Numbered from the stretch's first letter, positions 25,396 to 40,037 are shown. The stretch: 64,000 nt of DNA from Epiperipatus broadwayi (GCA_028023455.1 JAQFVV010000001.1:10354001-10418000), one strand, 5' to 3'. Notes: generated by a model from the sequence alone, not told the origin. Numbers and translations are program-made.

Positions 25396-26399
25396 ATATC
25401 TGCAATGTTAATTTGAAATCAGCTGATTATTTAGTTTTTATTAAACACTTTTACTTAAACACAATCTCTGTTGTTTGTAAATACTTTTATTTAAGTTAAC
25501 TTTTTGTCTCTTTCTAGTAAATTATTTCGTTTTTTGAATTTTTTCGTATTATATGTTAAAATGTGTGTAAAAGAGTATATTTTATTGTAATAAATTTTTT
25601 GCCAAAAATTTTGCTCTAAAAGGTAGGAAATTCAAAATTCCCACTCTTACAATAGACATAATCCCTGCCCTGACATGTTCAGCCATTGTCTGTTGCCAAG
25701 GCTGTAAAACATTCGGCATTTTACAAGATTGAAATTCCAATGATGCAAAAATGTGTTTATTTGCAAATTTATTACGGTTTTAGATTTTTTTAAAAATAAT
25801 TTACCCTATATTTATTAGATATCAAGAAATATAAATTATTAATAACTTATTAAATATGGCCTGAACCAATTTACAAGATTAGTTTCTCATAAACAATCTA
25901 CTTTATATTTACGAGTAAGAAAATATCACAATTTTACAATAAATATTCAAAAAATTTAAACTTTTTTAAAGCAAAATTCATTAAATATAAGATAAATAAA
26001 TAAGTATTCATTTGGACGTTTAAAAATAATAAGAATTAAAAAATATTTTGTTGATTTTATAAACTAAAAATAATCTTTCTAGAAACAATGACATGTAAAG
26101 TCTTTGTTTTGATTGTGATCTCATTTTTTCATATTTACAGAAACAAAATATGAACATTTAAAATTTATTTCAGTAGTAAACAAAAATATCAATCAAATGA
26201 AGTCAAATTTATTATTTTCTGATAATTAATAATCATTTTATCATATATTTTACATTGATGTGTGAGATAAAGAAAAATGTCAGAAAATGCTGAAATGTGT
26301 GAAAGGTTTGCTACTTTGCAGGAGGGTTAAACTATCATTTTAACATTGAGGTTTAATATATTTAAACTGAATAAAATTTGTTCAAATTTGAACATTTGA

Positions 26400-27390
26400 T
26401 ATAATTCACTAGCAATGTAATATGACATTAAAATATGTTCTACTGAGTGGAGGAAATTTTGTATATTTTGATATCAAATTTAAGATATTATAAACACTTC
26501 AGTATCTTTTCAATAATGTGTGCAAATGGTGGTATATAGATTTTTTGTTTCAATTGAAAGCTTGTTTTAAGTTAGAATAAAATTTTTAAATTGGAGTTTA
26601 ATACTTAGATCCAATATAATTTGTTAAAAATTGATACATTTGATACAAATTACTGGCAATGCAATATGACACTTAAGATATTTTAGGTATACGGCATAGT
26701 TTCTTAAATATGAATCACTGAGTAGAGAAAATTTCAAATATTTATTTTTTTAGCATTAAGATTTAAAGCAAAATCCTCCATATTAAATAAAGTTCATTTA
26801 CAATATGGTTTTTTTTTTGTTTTTTTTTTAAAAAATCAACTTTTCCAATGAAAAAAATGTCAAACACTTTTCATTAGAAAAAAATGTATTAATATTTTAA
26901 GTTACTTAATGATTAAATTATTCATGTATATAATGTATACATACTAAATCTAATATATTCATAAGGATATACATATTAACTTATTGCAAAAATATCAATT
27001 GATATATATATAAACTACAGATATCAAATTGATTTAAAGTAAAATCATAGATATTAAATAAAGTTTGTAATTTAGTTTTGGTAAAAAATTTTAAAAAAAT
27101 CCAATGAAAAGCAAAAATGTCAAACACTTATACCCAGAAAAGATGACTTCATATTTTTAATTACTTAATGATTTATTATAAATAATTATATACACATAGT
27201 AAATATGATGTATACATAAGTATATATAAATTAACTTATTGTAGAAATATCTAAAAATATATAAACTATTGGTATCAAGTCAATTTAAAGTAAAATCATA
27301 GAGTTTGTTTATGATATACTTTTGTTATCATTTTTTAAAAAAAATCAACTTTTCCAATGAAAAGAAAAAAGGCAAACACTTTTTTAAAAA
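26400..27390. repeat. Degenerate tandem repeats (about 250-270 bp period)
   Basis: Units anchored by ...gcaatg(t/c)aatatgaca at about 26410 and 26655, and by ccaatgaaaa...tcaaacactt at about 26845, 27100 and 27355. Confidence 0.65.
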
Positions 27391-28329
27391 ATCAAGTTTA
27401 TTTTTATTTCAATTTTAAAAGATCATTAAAATAAATGTAAAGTATTTTTTAAAAAAAAAACCATTCAAATATTACTTAGACTGTTTTTTTTTGTTTTAAT
27501 TGAAATTGAAAAAATTATGAAAAAGACTTTATATTAAATACTTTTAGTTATTGTGCCAATATTAAAAAAAAAATAGAAATATATTTTTTTTTTATGTTTT
27601 TATTTTCCATGCATGAAAAAGTGAAAATATATATTTTTTCAATTACAATTGAAGTTTTTATATTTAACTCAAAATAAAAAGCATGAAGGATGGGCGGGGG
27701 GGATCAATCACAAGGGAGTGACTTAATTAATTTCTGGACTTCCTTCCACACACACACATTTAATTTCACATTAAGTATAAAAAATTCAATTGTGCTTAAA
27801 AAACCAATTACTTTTTTGCTTTTTGGTACACAATGAATAAAAGCGTTTATTATAAAAATAAAAAAAATTATATTTATTATTAGTGAAATTAATGATTGCA
27901 TTTTACAACAAAATAATTGAGTAGAGGACAATATTATATGTCTTTCCCATTTTCTTACTGTTATATGGAAATAAAACCTTAGTCTTATACCACATTGTAA
28001 ATAGTAATGAAAGCAATACAATGAAATATATTTTAAATGAAGAATAATTTTCCATAATTATATCAAACCCATTATTGCAACTATTTATCAGAATACAAAA
28101 AAATTCCAGACCATACTATCTTATATTTTTAGTTCATAAACAATTTTATTTCTCTTGACAACCATTACTTATTATATAATCCTGACAATGATTTATTATA
28201 AATATACTTTAATGCAGTGCAATAAATGTTTTCTTGAGGTGTTATGGATGAAAGACATGGTTGCAAATCTTAAATAAAAGCAACCCTGTATCATATTGAA
28301 GATGTAATGTTGTGAATAAAAAATGATAT

Positions 28330-29000
28330 AAAAATAGAATATTTAAAATAGAGTGGTCCTCTAATAAATATAAAATTTATTTGGGTAATTATTATTCTAC
28401 TTTTCCATTGAATCTGAAAGAACTGAGAACATAGAACATTAAGTGGCTGACTTGATAAAAGCGGGATATAACAGAATGCATATAGTCAGAACAATTCAAA
28501 ACCAAATTAATTAATAAAACTGTTGATCACAGTGATAATAATAAAAGCTAGATTGCTCTATAAATATTTATCATGTATGAGTAATAAAATAGTACAAACT
28601 TGCTTGGACAAATTTAAAGTCAGATTCAGAACCCCCATAAATTTAAATAAGCTTATTAATGATACAAAGGATAAAATTCTAACATTGGGCCAGTTTAATA
28701 TGTTCTATGCTGTAGACTGCAGCCAAAAAGATTGTCCATATGTAGAATATAGCGAGATGAGGACAAATTTTAGAACAACAATGACTCAGTATTCATTAAT
28801 ATGTAGAAAATCTAAGATAAAGTTTCATGCTGCTAAATCATCAGTCTTTTATAATCATGAAAAAGAATATGGCCATATTTGTGATCTGAGTGCTGTTAAA
28901 ATTATGTGTGAAAAAAAAAATGATCGCAAATGTAAAATAAAAGGCACAATTCATTACACAAAATGAATATGTAATAAACCAAAAATCAAATAGTATTCAA
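28330..29000 (+). mobile_element. Penelope-like element fragment with degenerate GIY-YIG endonuclease
   Basis: ORF 28523-28966: TKDKI..LGQFNMFYAVDC..CPYVEY..R..FRT.M.QY...SSVFYNHEKEYGHICDLSAVKIMC, the PLE GIY-YIG layout. Confidence 0.75.
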
Positions 29001-29450
29001 ATCAGCAAAAAAAAATTAATGTTGACATGAAAACATTGAAAGTTTACTAATTTTTAATATTTAAACTTAGTATTTTTTTACATTAATAGCTATTATGACA
29101 GAGTAGCAAAATGTAATATATATATCAACATATATATACACATGTAAATTAATATCTCATAAAGGAGCATAAACTCCTTATCTTGTATAGATTTGTATTC
29201 ATTACACAAAATGAATATGTAATGAACCAAAAATTAAATAGCATTCAAATCAGCAAAAAAAAAAATTAATGTTGACATAAAAGCATTGAAAGTTTACTAA
29301 TTTTTAATATTTAAACTTAGTATTTTTTTACACTAATAGCTATTATGACAGAATAGCAAAATGTAATATATATATCAACATATATATATATACACATGTA
29401 AATTAATATCTCATAAAGGTGCATAAACTCCTTATCTTGTATAGATTTGT
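28949..29450. repeat. Recent 248 bp tandem duplication
   Basis: Units 28949-29196 and 29197-29450, about 95% identical. Confidence 0.92.
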
Positions 29451-29604
29451 ATAGATTTCTGTCATAAAAAGTTAAATAGAGTATAAGATAAATGGATTAA
29501 TTGCAAACAATTTCAAACATTAAAGACAAATGGATTGTGTTTTTAATGACTATAATTAATTAACTATCTATACATACATAAAGATTCAGATATTTCAATC
29601 CTCT

Positions 29605-29650
29605 AACCTATCTGATAAGTGAATGTTGTTCACGAAATACATATATAGTG
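29605..29650 (+). ncRNA. Degenerate type I hammerhead motif downstream of the Penelope fragment
   Basis: CTGATAA (G8 replaced by A), stem II GTGAA/TTCAC, GAAA, TACATATA; same layout as 4391-4448 but imperfect stem I. Confidence 0.45.
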
Positions 29651-30899
29651 AAAGATGGCTGACATGGAGCTTTTTCATACTGTTAGAAAATTGGAACATA
29701 ATGAAATTTGAGATAAAAATGTGTTAATAACTCTGATATTAAAACATGTTTGATTGCAATGCACTAATTGGTGTTATACAAGTTTCTATAAGGCAATATT
29801 ATTTTCATCTCATTAGAAATCATTCCCACCTCTTAGAAGAACAATGTGAAGAAAGATATGCACATAACTTTGTATCTTCTTTATTATTTTGTTCTAGAAT
29901 GCAACTATTAATTATTACTTATAATTCTTTCTGTGATCTATTATATACACACACATGCATATTTCAAAGTTACATTATGCTTATTTGTAATGTAGATCAA
30001 GAAAGTTAATCTTCTTGGTCTACATTATAAAGCCTTTGAAATTTTATATTTATATGCATACTCAGAGTGCAAGCCTACTGAATGTTTATCTTAAAAATAA
30101 TAGCAATAATGAATTATAAAATATAAATACAATTATAGTTTTTTCCAACCAGTAAATTTAATCTAATTCTATTATGATCAAGGTGTACACATGAATAATT
30201 TTGATTCCCATACTTCTAAAGACTTAAATCAATAGAAATACAGTCTTAAAACTTTGTATAACTTATAAAATATTTATTCACATCCACTATTGTAAATTCT
30301 TAGATTAATCAATATACTGAGACAGAAATTTATTATCACAAAAATATCCTTCTTTTCAGAACAAACCAGTATAGTAAAAATACTAATACTAAATTAGAAT
30401 GACATCTTATTCCACTCATGCAACATTAAAATGAAATAATCATAGAGAAAAAATGTGTATACAAATTTTTCATGAACTTATTTCTGGATGAAATTTCCAA
30501 TTGTGAGAATGATTATGCCTTTTTGTAATTTCATTTAGTTAATTTACATATGGACTCATAAATTGCCTATCTAGAGTAATCTTTATGTAATATTAATATA
30601 CATATTGCATGTATTATTTTTGTTTTTAAAACTTTTATTAAAAACAATTACAGGAATATTATCATTCTTGAGTTTTTTATATCTTATATCTATAGCAAAT
30701 ATCAATTCTCAATTTTGTATAAATAAAAGTTAATGTTTATGCTAATAGTATTGCAATTTAATAAATGTTGTACAATAGGAAGTGCAATGAAATGTTTCAT
30801 ATCTCTATCAAATTGAAAAATAATCATAAAAGATATTCTACCATATTTGTTAGTAGTCAATCTCACTATTGGCATTCAGTGAGAACCTCAAGTTCTCTA

Positions 30900-33700
30900 A
30901 TAGTAGTGCTGAACCCTCTATATTAAATGTTTTATTATAATAGTAAAATCTTATTATAATAGTAATGAAGTTATTAGTGAAGTAGTTATAAGTTTCATCT
31001 TACATAGGTTTTTTTCTTTTTATTGTGGAGAAATTTTTCTCACTATCAAGATATTTTATCATTAAGTCAAATATCATTATTCAGTAACCACTTATAAAAA
31101 AAACATAAACAAGTATGGCCATTTCAACTTCAATTAAAAACAAAAACAAAAAAACAAAAATGAGTTTCGTAATGATATACAAATCAATCTATGAAACACA
31201 AATATATCCACATACCAAACATGTTGGACCATTTATCTGAATGTATATTTTGCAATGCTGTTTTTTTAAGTTCGGCAAAAAAATTCTTACTGAAATATTT
31301 CAACACCTTCCCTAATTTCTATTCTCTAATTTATTATATTCGTTGCCATATTTTCCCAACAGAAACTGCACTTTTTTCAAATGATTTTGAGTTAATCCAT
31401 ATAATATAAATGGGATCTACATTTCTCTGAAAATCATGCTCAAACTCACCCTTTTAAGAAGATTTATATCATTCATTCATTTTACATGTCCAATTCAATG
31501 AAATATGATTTTACAATAGTGGACTCTATAGAATCATATCCAACAAATTGAAGAATATATTTATTGTTTTTATGATTTGCCATAATATTTTTAAATTTTA
31601 AAGAGCTTTCTCAAAAAAAATAATTTTCTAGTACTTTTACATTGTTCCAATAGGATGTCCAATTAATTTCCATATAATAAATTAGATAAAATAACAATTC
31701 TGGAAATAGCTGATTTAGTTGCAGTAATTTTTCTATAATGAAGTACTCTGTTTTTTAATTTATTAAAAGTTAGAATAGCTAAGTTCATCTTTCTAGTTGT
31801 AAATCTATCAAAATATTTAAATTGGTTTAAACTGTAAAGCTGATAATCATCTAAGCTACAAGTTATAGAGAAATTTTTCTTCCACCATTGGCTGATAAAA
31901 AAGATTTTTGAACTTTGATTATTAAATCCATCAAAAAATTAAATACATTATTTAGATCATCTTTTGAACTGCAAAAATAGCATATTCATCAACATATTGT
32001 AATTTTAGAATTAAAAAAAAATGAAGTTCTTGTTTTCACTTTTAATCAATTCAAATTAAAATTTCTACTATCAAACCTGTATCATATCTTGATTCCTATT
32101 TCATAATAATTAAGTTGCCTATAAACAATTCCAAAGACCATTATCATAAAAATTGAAACAATGCTGGGGCAATGATATATTCTTATTAATATCAGGTTTT
32201 TATAGATGCCACAGATTTCTCCTCTTTAGTAATAGCACTTCCTCTCTTTCCATCATATAGAAAGCTGTATAATATGAATAAATTTTGATGGGCATCAATG
32301 CCATAAACTGGTTCAATTATTGAATCTAATACTTTGACCAAGACAATAAAACAATATATTAATCACTCTTTTATTCAAAATACTTTTCTTACTATTATCT
32401 ATCAACAAAAACCATGACAATAGTGTCTCTTGATTGTCTTAAATCATACTGAGTCTCTGGTAAATCACTTATCTATGTCTGGAAAAAAATCTATTGAATA
32501 AAATAGTGAATAATAATTGATGACGATTGCTGCAATTATGTCTATTGCCTTTATTTTTAAAAATTGGAATAATAAAAGCATCTTTAAAATCATGGGGCAC
32601 AACTTCACATATACTTTAAAAATTCAAATATTTTTTAAGAAAATCTATCTTCATCATATTTAACCCTTCTCCAGATAATTTATCAGTACCTGCAGCCTAT
32701 AGAACTGTTTTGATTTCAGTAAGTTGAATATGTTCAAATCTAAATAAGTAGATAAAATTGATATCATTGAACATTGTTAAATCAATTATTGTACCATTAT
32801 CCAAAAAAATGATCAAAATGCTCCTTCCAAGTTCTAAATATCACTTTCATCATGTGAGAATATGACTGACACTATATCTCAGGCTCACATGTTGTATTCA
32901 ATGCATCAAAAAGATATAGTGACCATGATTAACAAATGTTTGTATCTTCTTTGCTGTTTAAATCTCTACATTATAAAGCTTGACATTTAATTCTGTCAAG
33001 AGAAAATGCCTTATGTCTCCTTTTAATCAATTCAATAAGATCATTGTCCAAAAACTAGTTACAAACCCAGAAATGGATTTGTATACACAATATACTTGTT
33101 AAAAGAATACTATGCTTCAGTATTATGACAATCCTGAAAATATAAATTAGTGAAGATAGTGTTTAATTGCTGTTGAAATTTAGTAAATTAAGTAGATACT
33201 TCTAAAGAATGAAAACAAATTTTCTTCTAAATATGATTGGAGAAAGACCCATCTTTAATACAATTATCAATTGATCCATCAACTAATCTACACTTGTAAA
33301 TGTTTGCATATATGAAATTTTCTTGTACTCTGATTTCTTACTATAATATAATCGATTAAACGCCATTTTTTGAGTGGTGATGCATCCATGTTCTTTTGTC
33401 TAAACAAAATGTTAATAATATTCAATCCACATATTGTGCTAAAATTCAATAAAAACAGATCATTTGAATTTACAGCAGCAATAGTATTATTTACAATAAC
33501 TTTTGGCCATAGTATCTGCTATTTGTACTCGTATATGTATTAATCTCCCCCAAAAAGAAGAAAAATTGATCTTTTAATCATATTGCAGCAATAATACTAT
33601 GCCAGCAAGGATTAAAAGCTTTCTTGTTGAATTTTATGAATCTAATGTTAGAGCATATGCACTAATAAAATAATCTCTGCTACAGTTATGCAGTCCTACG
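30900..33700 (-). mobile_element. Highly degraded CR1/L2-type LINE ORF2 remnant
   Basis: Scattered RT-like motifs on the minus strand (GTDK..G, IAPALFQF, ESTIVKSY-like); many stops; limits approximate. Confidence 0.45.
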
Positions 33701-34369
33701 TAAAAAATATACTTTTGCTATATATTTGGGGAATATTCTTAATAATACTAGCTAACACCAATTTAAAATAACCAATACAAAACTTTTAAAACCCAGCAAG
33801 TTTACTTATCTGTGTTCGTGAATGTATATAATAATAATGTAAATGATAATAGATCTCATTACTTTGGGATAAAAATTAATGATTAAGTTTATATGTGGCA
33901 ATAACTCATTCTCACCCACTGCAAATAAATAATGCAATCCATTGACTAGAGTTTACTTAACTTCTAAATATTGAAGTCTTGAGTATCCATTAGTTATTTC
34001 ACAGGGAAAAAAATAAAAGACGTCTTATTTCACTTAAGTCTATTATTTTGCTTAACTCTAAATCTTCATTTTCAAAGTATTTAGAAAATCAAATATGGCT
34101 TTAACTTAGTCCTGCTTTTTTTTCTCCTTTCAAGAAACCATTTTTCTCAACTTGATAGTTCTTTTCAACTCACACACTCGCTTGTAACTAAATGAGTTCA
34201 TCTTTTTGATAGTTGCGCTAATTAACATAATTTAATATTCATTTAACATGTGACATACAAATTTTCTAGAATGACCAGTTAGCATGTAAATAATAAAAAA
34301 TTTAAATAATAAGAAGATATTGTCTGTACTCAAATTACCAAGTTTCCGTAATAAATTTTATTTATAATA

Positions 34370-37300
34370 TAATATGCACTGAGATAGTCCATACTTGTCC
34401 TTCACTAAAATAATTATCAAATTTTTCAGATTGTCTGCAGTTTTTTTTTGGTGTCTAAATATAGGCTTATGTCTTCTGTCAATATTTGTCATTTTTCTGC
34501 TTGATTTAGTGATCCTGATAATAAATTATCCATCACTTAAATCCACAGTATTGTCAATTGAACTGTTATTTGTTTTATCATATTTATCAGTAGATGGTTC
34601 TTCATTTTTTCACAATTAAGGAGGTATCCGCACACTCATCACTTACAGTAGATTCAGATTTATAATTGGCTAATGTAAGTTTATGGTTGATTTCATTTGA
34701 TGTCACACAAATGAGCATGTAGATGATTTATAGATATCCTGACACACAATCCATTTTCAAGTTTAATAATTCTGATAACTTCAGACAATACCAGAAACCC
34801 ATCTTTTTTTAACAAATCTCTGACTCATACAGTCTGACTGGCTTGGAATTTTCTGAAGATAAACTTGTTTGATGACTTTAGATTTCATACTGCCTAAATT
34901 ATTTTCCTATTCCTTTTATAATTGGTAATAGCTTGGATAAATGCATTTGACAAATTTGTCACAATAGTAACTCTTTGGGTATTTTCATAGCAACATACTT
35001 GGAGTGAACTGTTGGTAAAATATGAGCATCCATGGTTGTGATTTTCTTTAAAGCAGACTGAGACATTGTATTGCCTTTTCAATACTTCCATTGAATGCTG
35101 GATAATAAGATGGAGTTAAAATCTGTCATATTCTCTTGTCTGTGAAATATCTTTGAAAATCAGTAGAATTAAATCCTGTTCCTTTGACTATAGTGAAAAC
35201 TTCTTGGAGGGTTTTGATAGCACAATCTGTGCTGGTAAGTTTCATGAGCTTGTACTTGGCCCAATGAAAATACAATTTCACTATGGCTAAAAATAAATAT
35301 CCAATCCTCTACTAGCAAAATCTGTATAAATCCTTTGCCATGGGATTTCCGATTCCATTCTTAATTTAAAAATTTTCTTGGATAAATTTACTATAGACTG
35401 GCATTCCTTATAGCTTTTCACAGTCTGTCCAATTTCATTATTTAGGTTTGTCCACTAAACATGTGATCACACCAATGCCTTCATTCACACAATGCCTAGA
35501 GTCCATAATGTAACAATTTGAACACTTGCTTACAATCTTCAATTGCTACCAGTTTTTGGTCAGTCATCAGAATAAATTCATTGCATATAGTTAAACTCTG
35601 ATGGTCATTCCAAATAGGCTTGATGATGTAGCTTGGCTAGCTGTTTAGCCATCCAAAACTAATCCAGTTTTTTATTTCTGTATATCCAGGGCCCTGATTT
35701 AATCACACTGCAACTTTGGCACTATTAAAATTTTCTAAATCCAATAAGTTTACTTCTTTAAACTTCTGTTGGACTTTTCATTATTAAACACAATAAGATA
35801 TCTGCAAGCCTGATCTTTTTACCTGGCTTATAGATTAGATTGTAGTGATAGCCAGGTAAGATATTTATCCAATTATCTGATCTCTAACTTGCATATTCTG
35901 GAGTTTTTTTATTTTTGCCAAAAATTCCAAATAATGGATGATAATCAATATACAATGCAAATTTTCATCCATATATTGGTGAAATTTTGAATGCAAAAAC
36001 AATTGCCAAGGCTTCCTTATCCAGTTGACTAGTTTTTTTCATTGATGTTAAGAGTTTTGGAAGCATATGCTATCAGGCATTTCCCATAACAACAGAGGGA
36101 TACAACAACTCCAACACTATATTCCAAAGCATCTGTAGTTATAGGCCCTTCCAAGTTGGTATGGTAATGTACTAGAAGTTGTTTTCACATTAGCAAGTCC
36201 TTTGATTTTTGGAACACTAACTTTTGGTGTTCTGTTCATCTCCAACATTGCTCTTTCCATGCACATGCAATTTTTCCTTGAGAAAGCTTTCATAAAAATT
36301 TAGCAATCCCAGGAAGGTTTGTAAATCCTTAATGTTTTTTGGAGTTGCCACTTTTTTTATTACTCTAACCTTTTCTAGGTTTGGATATTTATCACGCTTA
36401 TTTATCATGTTATCTAAAAACAATCTCAGAAGTGGTCCAGATACATTTTGCAGCATTCAGCTTAACGCTAATGCTGTTTAATTCTTTGCACTCTTCCATC
36501 ACACATATTTCCAATTCATCTTAGGACTAACTTCTTCCATGCCTTGCAACAAAATATCCATCTTAGCCTGGATGATTTTGGAGTAACTGTCATCATGTAT
36601 AGAAGATTGCTACATTTAAACAGTCCAACATGAGTATTAATAGTTAGTAGCTCTGCTTGTTCATTCTGTGACTGATATCTGATAGAAAGTGGACTTTAAA
36701 TCCATCTATGCGAATGTTTGTTTAGTATCATGTGATAATGTCTGCAAAGATGAACAGTCCTATCAGATTTTTCAATTATTATCATCATAATATCCAAAAA
36801 TTATTCTTCCATAGGTGACAACACAATTTTTGCGACCATATCAGCAGTTGTCTCAACTTTTAGTTTTAAATATGCAGAACCTTTTGTGGTTTAAATACTA
36901 AGCTGTACATTTATCAATAATTCTACATCCATTGGCTGCATCTTTAATTCAATTAGTCCTAAACTTATTTCTAACCTCTGCTTCCAATTGAAAATTTTTT
37001 AATTACTTTTAAACATATGTCTAATGATCAAAACCAGTTTTGACCTAGCAAAAAATATATGTTCCTAGAACTAACACTTTTCCCCATAGTGTATTTTATT
37101 ACCATACATGTTTGTAGCTAATACCGGTCTTTTTCAATGTCTTTATTTTTACTTTTAAAATAGGTTTTATTCCACTCTCTTAGAAATAGTATAGATAGTC
37201 CCATGCCCCTGTCAACTTTCAGATTAATTTTACTATCACAAATGGTCAAGTAAACATCTACATTTTTTATAGCTCCACCTCCCCCTGATTTACAGTCCAG

Positions 37301-38552
37301 GCATTGTTTGGCTTTTAAATTATTATCTTTTTTGGAAACTTGTGAAAAAGTAAACCAAGATGGCAGCCTGTATTTTTGATAAATATACAGTTTAGGGGAC
37401 CCCCAAAAAATGTTCACAAAAAAGTTCCTGCTAGAAAACATCATACTTAATAATTATATTTTATTTTTTATTACTGTTATCTTTAAAAAAAATCATTGTG
37501 GAAATAATGTAATTAATTTTTTTTTGATTAACTTATTAATAGAAAAATAAATATATATATAAATTCACAATATTTGCATTTTATTCGTGTTGACAATGTA
37601 CAATCATATTGTGACCATTAATGCATACTCTTCAAGAAGACAGGATCCCATACCTTTGGTAATAGTTCACTGCATCACATTCTGTGACAGAAAGATCCTA
37701 AATTTTTATCATTATCACAATTTACCAAAAAAAAAAAAAAAAACTGCTTACAAAAAGAAACACACTGAACTGAACTAAAGTACAACAATGTTAAAAGCAT
37801 CTCATTGCTTTTAATGTTATAAGTATAAAAAAAAATTGAAATAAAGCTTATTAATGAAATTTATCAGAATTTATTCCTTTTTTTAAATTTAACAATCTAT
37901 TTGTTAATTTTGTTTTAATTTAACAACTAACACATCTTTATCTAAAGTATAAGATGCCCTCTTAGTTTACTTGAAAACTCAACAAGTACTTTTTTTTCTA
38001 GACACAAGCTAAATGTCCTTTGATGGCATGCATATGACATTTTTTCATTTAAAACCATAATGACTTTTTCATGTATCCTTTTGCACCACAACAATAACAC
38101 ATCAAGTCATCCTTTAGATTTAATCATTTGTGCTTGATTGATACTTGTCAGATTTTTCAATTCATTCATTATAGCTTGAAATTCTAATATGTTTTCTACT
38201 ACCATCTCATATGCTACAAACTTTACAATCACTGTTTTATATGTCAAATCCATTTCACTTAATTTTTTTCTAACATTGTGGTCTAACATTCCATATAGCA
38301 ATTGGTCCAAAAGCATATCATTCAGGTTAGCCATAAATTTACATTGATTAGCGGGTTGGCAATACAAAGTTATATTCATGATAGTGCTCACAAAATAACT
38401 GTTTCCTCATTTTACAGTGTAAGTAGGCAACCCATTTAAAAAATGTTGATTGAAAATATACATTTAGAATTTCAGTTACCTCCTTATAAAATATATTCTC
38501 TGGGGTCTTTGGATTACACAGTTGTTTTGCTATCTGCAGAACATCGCTGCCA
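34370..38552 (-). mobile_element. Degraded Gypsy element, Mag-like (gag, PR, RT/RH, IN), with an AT-rich interruption at about 37450-38000
   Basis: gag LNDMLLDQLLYGMLDHNVRKKL (38107-38391); protease KVDRG (37118-37444); PKNIKDLQTFLGLLNFY (36217-36456); integrase PWQRIYTDFA; PBS-like TGGCAGCGATG at 38542-38552. Confidence 0.8.
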
Positions 38553-39020
38553 GCAAAAAAACTGAAGAGTAGACATTTTGATTATATCTTCATGGTGTGC
38601 TCAATGTTTCATGAAACACCAAAACACTCCATACATTAGTACCACCCTGTGGCAACCAGAGTAATCAATGGATGGCAGAAGTCTTGCACATAAAATCCCC
38701 ATCTAGTGCCTACTCATCCAATATCCCCAGACTAGTTTCTGGATTGTGGCCTTTGTCAGTGAGGAGCCTTGGATCTAAGAGCACTGCACCTAGATCTTAG
38801 TATCTAATACAGCCCTCCAGCAGCCACTTTTTATCTCTACTTAACTACAAAACTATGAGAATGAAATTGAAAACACAATAATATTTTCCAATCCAAGCTC
38901 AATAGCTTATATAGTCATATGGGTCTGAACTCAGTTCAGCACCCATACATTTTGGTGTCTTTGACTCTTTAACAATCATAGCCACCACTATCCTATTAGG
39001 CAGGATTGGTGTTAAACCAC

Positions 39021-39266
39021 TAAACATCACATGATCACCATCTATTATGCTAGCACATAACTGTTATTAAAGAGGCAAAACTCTTCATACAGAAACTAGT
39101 CGGGGGGTATTGGATGAATAGGCATTAGATGGGGATTTTATGTGCAAGCCTTCTGGCATCCATTGATTACTCTGGTTGGCACAGGGTGGCACTAATCTAT
39201 GGAGACTTTAGTCTGTTTAATAACAGTTATGTGCTAGTATAAGAGATGGTGATCATATGGTGTTTA
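39021..39266. mobile_element. Small MITE (about 63 bp imperfect TIRs); partial copies at 38614-38741 (inverted) and 43699-43807
   Basis: taaacatcacatgatcaccatct... versus ...agatggtgatcatatggtgttta; internal segment catcca(t/c)tgattactc shared by all three copies. Confidence 0.75.
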
Positions 39267-39955
39267 TATGTTCTATGTTGGTGAATTATTTATATGGAAC
39301 TCTTTTATCATACATAGGTCAACTGCACCACTCTACTGTCACTAAATCTGCAAACAGGTTTATTGTCTGCTCCACTCTGCTGTGTACTCAGGTCTTAATA
39401 ATACCAATGGAACAAGTATCAATTTAAAATAACAAACACAAACCAACTTTTAAAATTCAACAACTTTATTTATCTGTGCTTTGAGACAGAAATTAATAAC
39501 AAAGTTTATGTGTGGGAATAATCCATTCTTATACACTGCGCTAAAGTTTCATTAACACAATTGTGTACATTAAAGTTATATAACTAGAGTTATCTGTTAA
39601 CTTGAAGTTATTTTACATAAAAAACAATTAACAGACGATGTCTTATTTTTTCAAGTCTGTCATTTTGCTTACAGTAAACCTTCACTTTCAAAGTATATAA
39701 TACTTTAACTAGCCCTACCTTTTTCTCTTTTTGAGAAAATTTCATTTTTCACAAATTGACAGTTGTTTTAGTTGCACTAATTAAAGTAATTTAATATTCA
39801 TTTGTGTAAAATGCAAATTTTCTATAGTGATCTATTTCGAAGTAAATAGTGATAAGGTAAATTACAAATTTCAAGAATAAACTTTATTTACAAAAGTACC
39901 TACATATGCACACTGAATCCAACTTTTGATATCAAAAAAAAAAAAAAAAACTTAC

Positions 39956-40037
39956 CACAAAGTCCTAAAATTGCAGCTGATCTATCACTGTTGGCCATTA
40001 TGAAAGATTTCTGTAAATGATTATAACAGTCAATAAT
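39956..40037 (-). CDS. PDE2A: Host gene exon (phase 0-1), IIDCYNHLQKSFIMANSDRSAAILGLC(G)
   Basis: Acceptor ttatatttcag and donor gtg|gtaagttttt; 82 bp; SDRSAAILGLCG aligns with recalled human PDE2A TDRDRKILQLCG at the start of GAF-A. Confidence 0.85.

Noticed and set aside
26400-27390. Periodic repeats as a CRISPR-like array
   Set aside because: Eukaryotic context, long degenerate units, no short constant repeat with unique spacers, and no cas genes.
37654-37697. AG/GT-bounded open frame DLSVTECDAVNYYQ
   Set aside because: It lies inside the interruption of the Mag-like element and has incompatible phases; such short frames arise by chance.
39314-39393. Phase-compatible candidate exon (DLSTQQSGADNKPVCRF...)
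   Set aside because: Including it would break the LGLCG-SLYDQD match to PDE2A; it could at most be a minor cryptic exon.
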